From positions 78,387-138,380 of the IMG/VR virus record IMGVR_UViG_3300009514_000004: a stretch of 59,994 nt of DNA. One strand, given 5' to 3'. The notes under the pieces were generated by a model. That model was given only the letters and a program-made list of their open reading frames with translations, had not been told where the DNA came from and did no database searches. The position numbers and the translations under genes were made by a program. Of this stretch, positions 29,390 through 37,826 are shown piece by piece (positions within the stretch are counted from its first letter, which is position 1; the number at the start of each line of letters is the position of its first letter). This DNA is from a virus.

Positions 29390-30829
29390 ATGGGGTTCGT
29401 CAAGTACGCCAATGCTGAGGTCGTGGATCCACGGGTCAACAAGACCGCGTGGAACAACATCCGTACGGCCTCGTTTGGTACCCCAGTAGACCTGATCGAG
29501 CAGGCCTCGGCGATCTTCGCCGAGCCGTTCAACCCCTCCAAGTTCCTCTTGACTCACGCGACGATCGTGGCGTCCGTAGATGTGGTCGACGCCCCCAACG
29601 CCAAGCTGGGGTCGCACGTCGAGAACGGGTTCAAGGTCAACCGGAAGTTCGGCGACTACCGGCTCAAGACCGACTCCCAACGGTTCGTCAACAACAACAA
29701 CGACTGCTGGTCACGGGGGGTGCTCAAGCTCGCACACCCGACGTTCGTGGGCGCCCACAACTTCGTCGAGCATGTGCAGATAGAGGAGCTGAGCAAGGGC
29801 CGCATCATCGACGCGGTGGCTCGCGACATCGGCCCCTCCATCTACACCGACATCCTGATCGCGACCGAGCTGAAGCACGCCCCTCTCATCCGTTCCATCC
29901 GGAGCGGGGAGATGTCGACGCTGTCGATGGGCTGCACGGTCGATTTCACCATCTGCACCAAGTGCGGTCACGTCGCAGCGGACGAGACCGAGATGTGCCC
30001 GCACGTCAAGTACCAGAAGGGCAACACGTACATCGACCCGATGACCGGCCAGATCCTCAAGATCGCCGAGTTGTGTGGGCACGAGAGCGTGGATCCCACT
30101 GGTGGCGTGGTCTTCATCGAGGCCAGCTGGGTCAAGACACCAGCTTTCACCGGCGCGGTGCTCCGCAACGTCCTTCAGCCGTCCAAGGAGCTGAGCCGGC
30201 AGATCGAAGCCGTTCTGGCCTCTCCGCCGAAGAAGTGGAGCGAGGACACCCAGGTCAAGGCCGCCGCTGACGCCCGACTTTCCCAGTGGGAAGAAGAGGA
30301 GACCGAGGGCGAGGGTGAAGAAGAAGAGGAAGAGGCCAAGTCTCCCCTCGATGACGTCAAGGACGAAGTCGAGCAGCACATCCTTGACCAGACGGTCAAG
30401 AAGCTGAAGAAGAAGGTCAAAGAAGATGCCGCCAAGGATGAGTTGGGTGTACTCCCCTCGTCGGCGTCCCCCAACGAGAACGTGAACAAGTGGTCAGCCG
30501 AGCGCAAGACCGCGGCACGTCACTACGTTGCGGCTCTCAAAGCGATCGCGACGACCGCCTCGTCAGACGTTGCTCTGATGAACGGCGTCGCGACGTTCAA
30601 CCAGTCCGTTGGCATTCAGATCCCGGTTCATGTGTACCGGGCCGCGCTCCAGCTCGGAGCAAGGTCCAAGTACGCGTCCGAGGCGGCGTTCAGGAAGGCC
30701 TGTCGGCAGGCACTGGGTCGGAAACCTTATCCGGCCGAGTTCCAACAGGTGCTCGCCATGAGCACCCTTCTCACGCGGAGGCACCCTTCCGCAACCACTC
30801 TTGACGGAGGTCAAAATGAGCACGCGTAA
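29390..30829 (+). CDS. prohead (capsid maturation) serine protease
   Basis: FVEH histidine, GRIIDA, LSMGC serine, CTKCG..CPH zinc insert, FIEASWV..PAF; sits upstream of scaffold and MCP. Confidence 0.8.
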   Translation: MGFVKYANAEVVDPRVNKTAWNNIRTASFGTPVDLIEQASAIFAEPFNPSKFLLTHATIVASVDVVDAPNAKLGSHVENGFKVNRKFGDYRLKTDSQRFVNNNNDCWSRGVLKLAHPTFVGAHNFVEHVQIEELSKGRIIDAVARDIGPSIYTDILIATELKHAPLIRSIRSGEMSTLSMGCTVDFTICTKCGHVAADETEMCPHVKYQKGNTYIDPMTGQILKIAELCGHESVDPTGGVVFIEASWVKTPAFTGAVLRNVLQPSKELSRQIEAVLASPPKKWSEDTQVKAAADARLSQWEEEETEGEGEEEEEEAKSPLDDVKDEVEQHILDQTVKKLKKKVKEDAAKDELGVLPSSASPNENVNKWSAERKTAARHYVAALKAIATTASSDVALMNGVATFNQSVGIQIPVHVYRAALQLGARSKYASEAAFRKACRQALGRKPYPAEFQQVLAMSTLLTRRHPSATTLDGGQNEHA

Positions 30830-32498
30830 GCGTACGTCGTGGGCGGATGGCAACAAGGTCGCGTCTCCGCCTCCCGCTGTCCCGGGATACCTGGAATACT
30901 GGACCGACGACGGTGGGCCACACCCTGCCGCGTACAAGGATCCGGCCTACGAGGCCTACAAGAAGGGCGACCCTTCGGCGTGGGCCGAAGATGTGCACCC
31001 GGGTCCGCACCGCACGTCGGAGCCCCCGTCGGTTCCTGGCTACCGCCAGGAGGACGGCAAGGCCCACCCGGCCGATGACCGCGACAGCTCCAACAAGCGC
31101 GCGGCGGAGGAGATCCCCCGTCACGAGCTGGAGGCGCGGGCTCTCAAAGCCATCCACATCGCCCAACAGCTGCTGCCCAAGACGGCCTCGGTGGCCGAGA
31201 TCGAGCAGCAGGCTGCGGACCTGATGGAGATGCCCCCGGAGCGTCTCGAGAAGACCCTCGAGCGCGTCGGCGGCGGGTTCATGGGCATGGAGGAGGGCAT
31301 GATGGGCTGTGGCCCGGCTGAGGGCATGGACATGCCCATGGGCGAGGACATGCCCCTCGAGGAGGAGGAAGGTGGCGACGAAGCCATGGCCTCCGGCCGC
31401 TACTCCATGGACGACGTGCTCTCCATGATCATGGGGATGAAGCAAGAGATGGAGGCCATGAAGGGCGGCATGATGCACGCCGCCGACCAGAACGACCCCG
31501 ACTTCATGTTCGACGGTGACGGCGGGTCCGGCGGTGAGTTCTCCGAAAAGGAGGTCGACGACCGCACCAAGAACGTCACCGGCACGGGCCTGGGCATGTA
31601 CGCGAAGAAGGTCGCGTCCGAGATGTTCAAGTCCATGGACACCGACGGCGACGGCTTCGTCACCGAGGAGGACTGGACGGGCGACAAGAAGCTCTTCGCG
31701 TCCCTCGACACCGACGGTGACGGCATCCTCGCGTACGGCGAGACCATCGAAGCCCTGGCGAGTCGCTTCGCCCAGGACGACGAAGAGGACGACGACGGCG
31801 AGGAGGAGGAGGGCAAGGAAGCCGGCGAGCTGCCCGAGGCCTTCAAGAAGAACATCAAGAAGAAGGACGACGAGGAGGGCGACGACGACGACGACGACGA
31901 GGGTGAAGAGGGCAAGGAGGCCGGCGACAAGTCCGCCACCATGACGCTCTTCGCCGGTCTCGACGACGAAGCGAAAGCCATGCTCCGGCAGATGCTCGCC
32001 GAGGAAGACGCCAAGACCGCGCAGGACGAGGGCGAGGACGAGGGCGAGGACGAGGGCGAGGACGAGGGCGAAGAGGCCGAAGAGGACGAGGAGGGCAAGG
32101 AAGCCGCTCTCGTCGCGGAGGCCGGCACCTTCGCCATGGTGGACGACCCGATGGGTCTGTCCGGCGATGCGCCCGAGGACACCCTGCTCGTCGACCTGTT
32201 CACCAGGCAGGCCGAGGACGAGGAGGCCGAAGAGGGCGACGACGAAGGCGAAGAGGAGGAAGGCAAGGAGGCCACCCTGGTCGCCGACCCGGATCCCGAG
32301 ACCCAGGCCAAGCAGACCGAGGTCGTCGCCAAGGTCGCATCCAAGGTCGCGTCCAAGAGCAAGCGTCGCCCCAAGGGCCGCAAGCCGTCCAAGGGCGTCA
32401 AGCAGCTCGGCCGCGTGGCCGCCGACCAGAGCGACAAGGTCAGTGACCTGTCGAACCTGTGGGAGACCAAGCCGGACGTGAGCAGCGCGTTCGAGTAG
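30816..32498 (+). CDS. acidic scaffolding protein with two EF-hand motifs
   Basis: GGAGG RBS, very D/E-rich, DTDGDGFVTEED and DTDGDGILAYGE, many KxA sites, position between protease and capsid genes. Confidence 0.7.
   Translation: MSTRKRTSWADGNKVASPPPAVPGYLEYWTDDGGPHPAAYKDPAYEAYKKGDPSAWAEDVHPGPHRTSEPPSVPGYRQEDGKAHPADDRDSSNKRAAEEIPRHELEARALKAIHIAQQLLPKTASVAEIEQQAADLMEMPPERLEKTLERVGGGFMGMEEGMMGCGPAEGMDMPMGEDMPLEEEEGGDEAMASGRYSMDDVLSMIMGMKQEMEAMKGGMMHAADQNDPDFMFDGDGGSGGEFSEKEVDDRTKNVTGTGLGMYAKKVASEMFKSMDTDGDGFVTEEDWTGDKKLFASLDTDGDGILAYGETIEALASRFAQDDEEDDDGEEEEGKEAGELPEAFKKNIKKKDDEEGDDDDDDEGEEGKEAGDKSATMTLFAGLDDEAKAMLRQMLAEEDAKTAQDEGEDEGEDEGEDEGEEAEEDEEGKEAALVAEAGTFAMVDDPMGLSGDAPEDTLLVDLFTRQAEDEEAEEGDDEGEEEEGKEATLVADPDPETQAKQTEVVAKVASKVASKSKRRPKGRKPSKGVKQLGRVAADQSDKVSDLSNLWETKPDVSSAFE
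32025..32072 (+). repeat. 12-bp tandem repeat (GACGAGGGCGAG)x4 encoding DEGE
   Basis: Directly visible; last unit ends in GAA. Confidence 0.9.
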
Positions 32499-32520
32499 GC
32501 CGCTCCCAGGACGAAGTCCG

Positions 32521-32564
32521 CGGCAGGCGGGGTAGGATTTCCTACCCCGCCTGTCGTTTTTTTT
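32521..32564 (+). terminator. intrinsic terminator
   Basis: CGGCAGGCGGGGTAGG/CCTACCCCGCCTGTCG stem followed by T8. Confidence 0.9.
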
Positions 32565-32576
32565 GGCCGGATCTTC

Positions 32577-32606
32577 AATAGGGCTTCGATACCCAGCCCC
32601 TTATGC
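32577..32606 (+). promoter_or_regulatory. putative late promoter for the capsid operon (variant)
   Basis: AAT-agggctt-CGAT-N11-TATG, aligns with the 27927 copy. Confidence 0.45.
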
Positions 32607-32707
32607 ATGAACGACCTTTGCGGGACGGTCTCGTAGGGGTCAGCGGACGACTTGCTTCGCCATCGGGCGGGCGGTCTACCACCCAACCTGTAAACAGGGA
32701 GTAGAGA

Positions 32708-33385
32708 ATGGCTCTGCTTGGACAGGCATCGGGAGGCTGGACAGAGTCGTCGTCGCAGTTGCGGATCCTCAACGTCGGCGTTCGAAACGCTGTCGGGGTC
32801 CTGACGGACGACGCCTTCACCCAGACCAACCCGCCTTCTGTCACAGTCGCGGCTACGATCTCGACGCAGGTCGACCAGACCCTCAACGGCGTTCTCGCCG
32901 GCTCGTGCGCCTTCGCGCGCCCCGATGTCGGCTCGAACTTCCACGGAGGTCCGGGCGACACGGGCACCATCGCAACGGTGCCTGCGGAAGAGATCGGCTA
33001 CCGCGTCCTCGGCGTCTACGTCAACTCGGCCAACGGGAACGCGTTCGAGAACACGCCCGGTCCGGCCAGTGGCAAGGGCACGTACGTCTCCGCCCAGGGC
33101 ACGTACGCCTCGCAACTCTATGAGTCGCAGGCTCTTGCCACCAACGGCGCTCTCACCGCGGGGGACGACCTCACCTACGTCAACGGGATGCGGCTCATCG
33201 CCTCGCTCAACGGCTACATCATGCCGGGCGACCAGGTGATCGGCGGCGCCGTGACCTCAATGGACACCACAGACGCAGCGGCTGAGGCGGCTGTTCGTGG
33301 CGCAGACACCTCGACGCTCCTGGGCGTCGTGAAGATGCCCCCGGACGCCACTCAGAACGAGGTCGTCTGGGACCAGCGGATCTGA
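32708..33385 (+). CDS. capsid decoration/cement protein
   Basis: Directly upstream of MCP; FENTPG.ASGK.TY motif, Ala/Gly/Thr-rich. Confidence 0.6.
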   Translation: MALLGQASGGWTESSSQLRILNVGVRNAVGVLTDDAFTQTNPPSVTVAATISTQVDQTLNGVLAGSCAFARPDVGSNFHGGPGDTGTIATVPAEEIGYRVLGVYVNSANGNAFENTPGPASGKGTYVSAQGTYASQLYESQALATNGALTAGDDLTYVNGMRLIASLNGYIMPGDQVIGGAVTSMDTTDAAAEAAVRGADTSTLLGVVKMPPDATQNEVVWDQRI

Positions 33386-33401
33386 GGGAGGCAAGAAGAA
33401 C

Positions 33402-34277
33402 ATGAGTGGTGTAACCAACGCAACCAAGCAGCGCATCATCTCAGAGTACATCCGTACTCCCGCCGGCCGGCAGAAGCTGGCGGCGTCGATGACGCAGCCG
33501 CTCCGTACCCGCCGCGACTACGCTGCGGTCGGCCGCAAGACCTTCTTGGTCGAGCAGCTCCCGGACGGCGCGCTCCCGATCTACGACAAAGACCCGGATG
33601 TCACGGCATACGTCGTCGGCGAGGAAGGCCAGAACATTCTGGCCATCACCAAGCCGCGGCGCGTGATCTTCCCGCTGTTCGAGATCGCGAGCAACCCGGA
33701 GATCCCGCTGACCCAGATCAAGGAGCGCAGGTTCGACCTGATCGAGCGCGCTCAGGAGCTGGCGAGGGCTCAGATCCAGGCCGCCGAGGACGAGCGCGTC
33801 TTCGCCATCCTGGACTCGATCGCGACGGCGGGCTTCGACTCGCTGCCGGCGCAGCTCAACCCCGACATCCCGGTCGTCGCCCCCATCTCGGGTGCGGTGC
33901 TCGCGGATGCCTTCGCTCTCGTGGAGCGTCACGACCTGCGGGTCGCGCGCGTCTTCATGAACGCGAGGGACTACGCGGACCTCCGCAAGTTCGGGCGGGA
34001 CATCCTCGACATCGAGACGCAGGCTCAGCTGCTGAAGACCGGCCTCATGGGAACCCTGTGGGGAGCCCAGGTCATCGTCAGCCGCCTCGTCCCCGTGTCG
34101 ACCGTCTATGTATGCTGCGAGCCCGAGATGTTCGGGCGCATCCCGGTGCGCACCGAGCTGACCGTGTTGTCGGCCGACGATCCCAAGGCTCGAACGATCG
34201 GATTCTCCGTGTTCGAGAACCTGGGCATCGGCGCCTACAACCCGCGCGGACTCACCCGTCTCACGATCACCCGCTAG
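33402..34277 (+). CDS. major capsid protein (HK97 fold, encapsulin-like type)
   Basis: GR.KLA.SM.QPLR...DY..VGRK...VE.LP.GALP.YDKD, PLFEIASNP.I, AQIQA.ED, G.LWGA motifs; followed by a terminator. Confidence 0.88.
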   Translation: MSGVTNATKQRIISEYIRTPAGRQKLAASMTQPLRTRRDYAAVGRKTFLVEQLPDGALPIYDKDPDVTAYVVGEEGQNILAITKPRRVIFPLFEIASNPEIPLTQIKERRFDLIERAQELARAQIQAAEDERVFAILDSIATAGFDSLPAQLNPDIPVVAPISGAVLADAFALVERHDLRVARVFMNARDYADLRKFGRDILDIETQAQLLKTGLMGTLWGAQVIVSRLVPVSTVYVCCEPEMFGRIPVRTELTVLSADDPKARTIGFSVFENLGIGAYNPRGLTRLTITR

Positions 34278-34306
34278 CGCAAGCTGACGGATCCGTAGGG
34301 TTTCCT

Positions 34307-34345
34307 CAAAACCCCCGACCTTCACTGGTCGGGGGTTTTGTCGTT
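34307..34345 (+). terminator. intrinsic terminator (possibly bidirectional)
   Basis: CAAAACCCCCGACC/GGTCGGGGGTTTTG stem. Confidence 0.85.
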
Positions 34346-34440
34346 CTAGTCTTTTCATCCGCTGGTAGTTATCTACACTTCTAAACAATGTCATCACAGG
34401 CTCATTGACTCGGTCTCACGTTTGGTTTTAGTTTGTAAAG

Positions 34441-36390
34441 ATGAGGCAACCCCTGACACGATTGTGCTCTCCCGAGCAACTTCGACAGTGGTACGAGGTG
34501 GAACTGCTCTCGGAAAATGAGATCGCGCGACGGTTGGGTACCTACCAAGTCAACGTGGGGAGGCTTCGTCGGAAGTACGGAATCGAGACGATCACGAAGA
34601 CCGAGCGCATTGCTCGGCAGCTCCCTTCCGACCTGACCTTTGAGCAAGAACAGCTCATTGTAGGGTCGCTTCTGGGAGACGGGTGGATGACCGCTTCTAG
34701 CGAGGCGTCTGCGCGGTTCCATGAGGGTCATGCGATGAAACAGGCTTCCTACACCGACTGGAAAGCCGACCAGCTGAGGCCTTTCACTTCTAAGCGGTAC
34801 CCCACCACCAAACGCCAAGGAGGGAGGGAGTACCCTTGCTGGTATTTCGCCACCAAATCGTGCACCGTCCTCCGCCCCTACTACGACCTCTTCTACCCAA
34901 CCCCTGAGCGGAAACGGGTGTTTCCCTCGGACCTCTACAAGAGGATGACCCCTCTTGTCCTGTCTGTCTGGTACATGGACGATGGCAGCGTGACCAAGAG
35001 CGGTCACCCCCGCATCCATTTCGGTCTCGACCCCCTATCTCTCAAAAGGGCGCTCAGGGCTCTCCGGACATTGGGCCTCACACCCAAGGCTTATGGTGAG
35101 GAAGGGGACAAAGCCATCTGGTTCCCTAAACAGTCGCACGCTTTCTGTCAGCTCATCGAGCCGTATGTCTCGCAGGTTCCCTGTATGGTGTACAAGCTCC
35201 CGACAGAGACCCTTCGGCAGGAAGGCGACAGGAATGCCCGTAAGCTGACCGCGGAGGTCGCCGCGAACCTGTACGACGGGGGTATGTCCACCAAGGAGAT
35301 CGGTCGCCTCTACGACGTGAGTCCAAGTACCGTGAGCCGCCGTCTGTCTAGTGCGGAGGTAGTGAAACGCAGGTCGGGACCGCGGTCCCTCTCGTACACC
35401 CAGGAGGCCTCCTCCTCCCTCCTGGCAGGGTACGACTCCAAGAAATGGTCAGACCTCCCTCCAACCACTCAGGACACCTGGGTCGCGGAGGTTTTGCAGG
35501 TCCTGCGTGTCACCCCTTTTCCGACGACCCCAGCTTTCGATCGGGTGGCAGCTTTGAAAGCTTTGGGGAAAGTAGTCTCTGCTGAGATGCGGTTGGAGGA
35601 TTCCCGCGTGATGCCCATCCGCACGGTGGGGATCGGGTGCTGTTCTTCCTACTTCCCCAATCGGTACAAGGGAGCATCCCGAGGTACTCGGACTGCCTAC
35701 GAGGCGTGGTACAACGACCGGGAATTGGAGCGTGCCGTCAGGTTCCAGTTCCGGGTTGGCGATCCTGTGCAGCCTCACCGAGTGCTCCGGGCCGTGACGA
35801 TGAACTGTCGAACCCCGTCGGTGTTCCGACCTACCCTGGCCCGGTTCATCTACGACCGGTACTGCCCACCTGGAGGCAAAGTCTGGGATCCCTGTGCTGG
35901 GTTCGGAGGCCGTCTTTTTGGGGCTTGCGCGGCGGGGGTTCAGTACGTCGGTACGGATGTCGACCAGGAGACCGTGACTGGGAACCTACGGTTAGCTGAG
36001 GCTTTGGGATATCTAGCTGAGGTGCACCTGTGCCCCGCCGAGGAGTTCGACGCCCCTGAAGTCGATCTGGTGTTTACGTCGTCGCCGTATTTCAACCGAG
36101 AGCTGTACTCTCACGGGGCCAACCAATCCTGGGTGCGGCACGGGGACGATTTTGAGTCCTGGGTTGAGGGGTTCCTCCGCCCGGTGATACGGAAGGCTTA
36201 CCAGGTGAGCCCTCGTCTGGTGCTCAACGTGAGTGACATCCGCGTGGGAAAGGTTGTCGTTCCCCTGGAGGAGACCACCGTGCGGGTGGCTCTCGAGGAG
36301 GGGTTCCAGCTTGAGGAGACTTTGTACATGCCGCTCCCTAAACTGAACCGGACCGACCCCAAAGAGCCTTTTCTGGTTTTCAGTCGCTGA
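34441..36390 (+). CDS. HTH-LAGLIDADG endonuclease-HTH-DNA amino-methyltransferase fusion
   Basis: IVGSLLGDG and LSVWYMDDGS (LAGLIDADG_2); WDPCAGFGGRL SAM-binding motif I and FTSSPYF motif IV; lower GC3 than flanks. Confidence 0.8.
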   Translation: MRQPLTRLCSPEQLRQWYEVELLSENEIARRLGTYQVNVGRLRRKYGIETITKTERIARQLPSDLTFEQEQLIVGSLLGDGWMTASSEASARFHEGHAMKQASYTDWKADQLRPFTSKRYPTTKRQGGREYPCWYFATKSCTVLRPYYDLFYPTPERKRVFPSDLYKRMTPLVLSVWYMDDGSVTKSGHPRIHFGLDPLSLKRALRALRTLGLTPKAYGEEGDKAIWFPKQSHAFCQLIEPYVSQVPCMVYKLPTETLRQEGDRNARKLTAEVAANLYDGGMSTKEIGRLYDVSPSTVSRRLSSAEVVKRRSGPRSLSYTQEASSSLLAGYDSKKWSDLPPTTQDTWVAEVLQVLRVTPFPTTPAFDRVAALKALGKVVSAEMRLEDSRVMPIRTVGIGCCSSYFPNRYKGASRGTRTAYEAWYNDRELERAVRFQFRVGDPVQPHRVLRAVTMNCRTPSVFRPTLARFIYDRYCPPGGKVWDPCAGFGGRLFGACAAGVQYVGTDVDQETVTGNLRLAEALGYLAEVHLCPAEEFDAPEVDLVFTSSPYFNRELYSHGANQSWVRHGDDFESWVEGFLRPVIRKAYQVSPRLVLNVSDIRVGKVVVPLEETTVRVALEEGFQLEETLYMPLPKLNRTDPKEPFLVFSR

Positions 36391-36447
36391 TCACATCAGC
36401 CGGCGCCTGGACGAATGGGGTATCGCGTAACGCACAAGAGGTGCCCG

Positions 36448-36858
36448 ATGGATGATTTCGGGATCGGCTCGGGAGATGACCACGTCCAAGTCCAAAGGGG
36501 ACCCACCGACGACGAGCCTCCCTACTACATCTTCTCGGATGAGTTTGGGGCTGCGCGGGAAGCACTGATGTACCTAGCCGAAGGGGGTCAGGAGGTGATG
36601 CACATCACCGATGGAGGCGGTGGGTTTGCGGCCGAAGTTCGCGAGGGTCGCATCCAGGTGCAGGAGGGCTACTTCGGTCTGTTCGAGTTCGACTTGCAGG
36701 ATCTCGACATCTGGTGGGTGCAGATCGGGCACACGATGGTTTTTTCCCTCGAGACTCTCCAAGGGAGGTTGGGTGTCCTTATCCGTAAACCTCCTGAAAT
36801 TGTCGACAGTTCTTTGGTTGACGATGACGATTGGGACGCCTCTCTCGACAAAATCTAG
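36448..36858 (+). CDS. acidic hypothetical protein
   Basis: GAGG RBS at 36438. Confidence 0.55.
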   Translation: MDDFGIGSGDDHVQVQRGPTDDEPPYYIFSDEFGAAREALMYLAEGGQEVMHITDGGGGFAAEVREGRIQVQEGYFGLFEFDLQDLDIWWVQIGHTMVFSLETLQGRLGVLIRKPPEIVDSSLVDDDDWDASLDKI

Positions 36859-36877
36859 AGAAAGCGCGCTTTTCATG

Positions 36878-36906
36878 TTGACGGTCTCGAGGGTCTTCTG
36901 TAGAAC
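36878..36906 (+). promoter_or_regulatory. sigma70-like promoter
   Basis: TTGACG-17bp-TAGAAC. Confidence 0.55.
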
Positions 36907-36909
36907 CCC

Positions 36910-37255
36910 TCCTGCCTGGACGGGGCACCTCTCGAGAGGGAGGCGCGGCGAGCAGGCTGGCTGGTTCCCGAAAGGGGATCGACTACCCGATCTTTCAGAA
37001 CGGCGCGATCGAAGCTCCCACATCACACTGTGGTCGGTGCCAGGTAGAAGGCACACAACTGACCCTATGACGTGTGGGCGCGTCCGAGAGAGCGCACAGC
37101 CAAGACCGTTGACGACGGGGACGTGAAACACCGGCCCCGAGAGGCAAGCTGAACCGAGAGGGGATTTGCAGCCGAGCCAGCGGAACCCAACGCAGCTCCA
37201 CAAAAGCACCGCGGCGGGTGACGAACCTCTGACCTAACAGTCGGGGGTTTCGTCG
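36910..37255 (+). ncRNA. candidate structured non-coding RNA of unknown class
   Basis: No credible ORF; several stems with GNRA tetraloops; bounded by promoter and terminator. Confidence 0.5.
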
Positions 37256-37260
37256 TTTCT
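37220..37260 (+). terminator. intrinsic terminator
   Basis: GACGAACCTCTGAC/GTCGGGGGTTTCGTC stem followed by GTTTCT. Confidence 0.7.
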
Positions 37261-37331
37261 GGGGCCCGTGGTCCTAACTTGGGTCCGGGCGGGCAGGAGG
37301 AGGTCCAACTTGTGGCCTCCTCCCAACGCCT

Positions 37332-37712
37332 TTAGCGGTTGCACGCTGTGCAGGGGACGTACTCAGGCTCCGGGCGGACGCGGAACAGGGTCACGATGCC
37401 CGAGTGGGACTCGTTGTCGCCTTCGAAGTTGGCCTGGAAGCACCCCGGCTGAGGAGCGGGGGCACGCTCCGGTCGGTAGATGTCGATGTAGTACCCACCA
37501 CCATCGCTGAGAGTCACGCCGTCCAGGTCATCGTCGTCGAGACGTGGGAAAGCGTCCAGGGGAGCCGTCCCTTCCATGGGGGCGTCGTCGCCGTCCCTGG
37601 TGAACGCGTAGAATATCTCCTCGCCATCCAGCTTCCGAAGCTGGTTGAAGGTGAGGGCCGGTCCGTACCGGCGGTCACGCCCTGTGGCCTTGTCGTATTC
37701 TTGCTGGCTCAT
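37332..37712 (-). CDS. hypothetical (early-type) protein
   Basis: AAGGAG RBS, typical codon bias, own promoter motif. Confidence 0.7.
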   Translation of the reverse strand: MSQQEYDKATGRDRRYGPALTFNQLRKLDGEEIFYAFTRDGDDAPMEGTAPLDAFPRLDDDDLDGVTLSDGGGYYIDIYRPERAPAPQPGCFQANFEGDNESHSGIVTLFRVRPEPEYVPCTACNR

Positions 37713-37741
37713 GTAATGCTCCTTGCGGTTGAGGTTACACC

Positions 37742-37773
37742 CTCTCTACGAAGGTGTCCGGAGAGCTAAGCAA
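37742..37773 (-). promoter_or_regulatory. putative early promoter TTGCTTAG-N14-TCGTAGAGAG
   Basis: Identical boxes and spacing at 39591-39622. Confidence 0.65.
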
Positions 37774-37778
37774 AATTC

Positions 37779-37808
37779 GGTGGTCTCTCTATACCTCCGG
37801 TCCAGTAG
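37779..37808 (+). promoter_or_regulatory. putative late promoter
   Basis: GGT-ggtctct-CTAT-N13-TAG. Confidence 0.65.
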
Positions 37809-37826
37809 ACGGACTGGAGAACCTGC

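Noticed and set aside
33402-34277. Bacterial encapsulin operon with ferritin cargo
   Set aside because: Terminase, portal, protease and scaffold show that this is a phage capsid
34441-35200. Intein or intron in the capsid gene
   Set aside because: The MCP ends with a stop and terminator before the LAGLIDADG ORF; no intein splice residues or intron core recognised
36921-37202. tmRNA/RNase P/group I intron identity for the structured RNA (GGGGC start, CAGCTCCACA end, GACTA)
   Set aside because: No T-loop or matching acceptor stem, no GAGGAAAGTCC, no P7 partner; kept as unclassified
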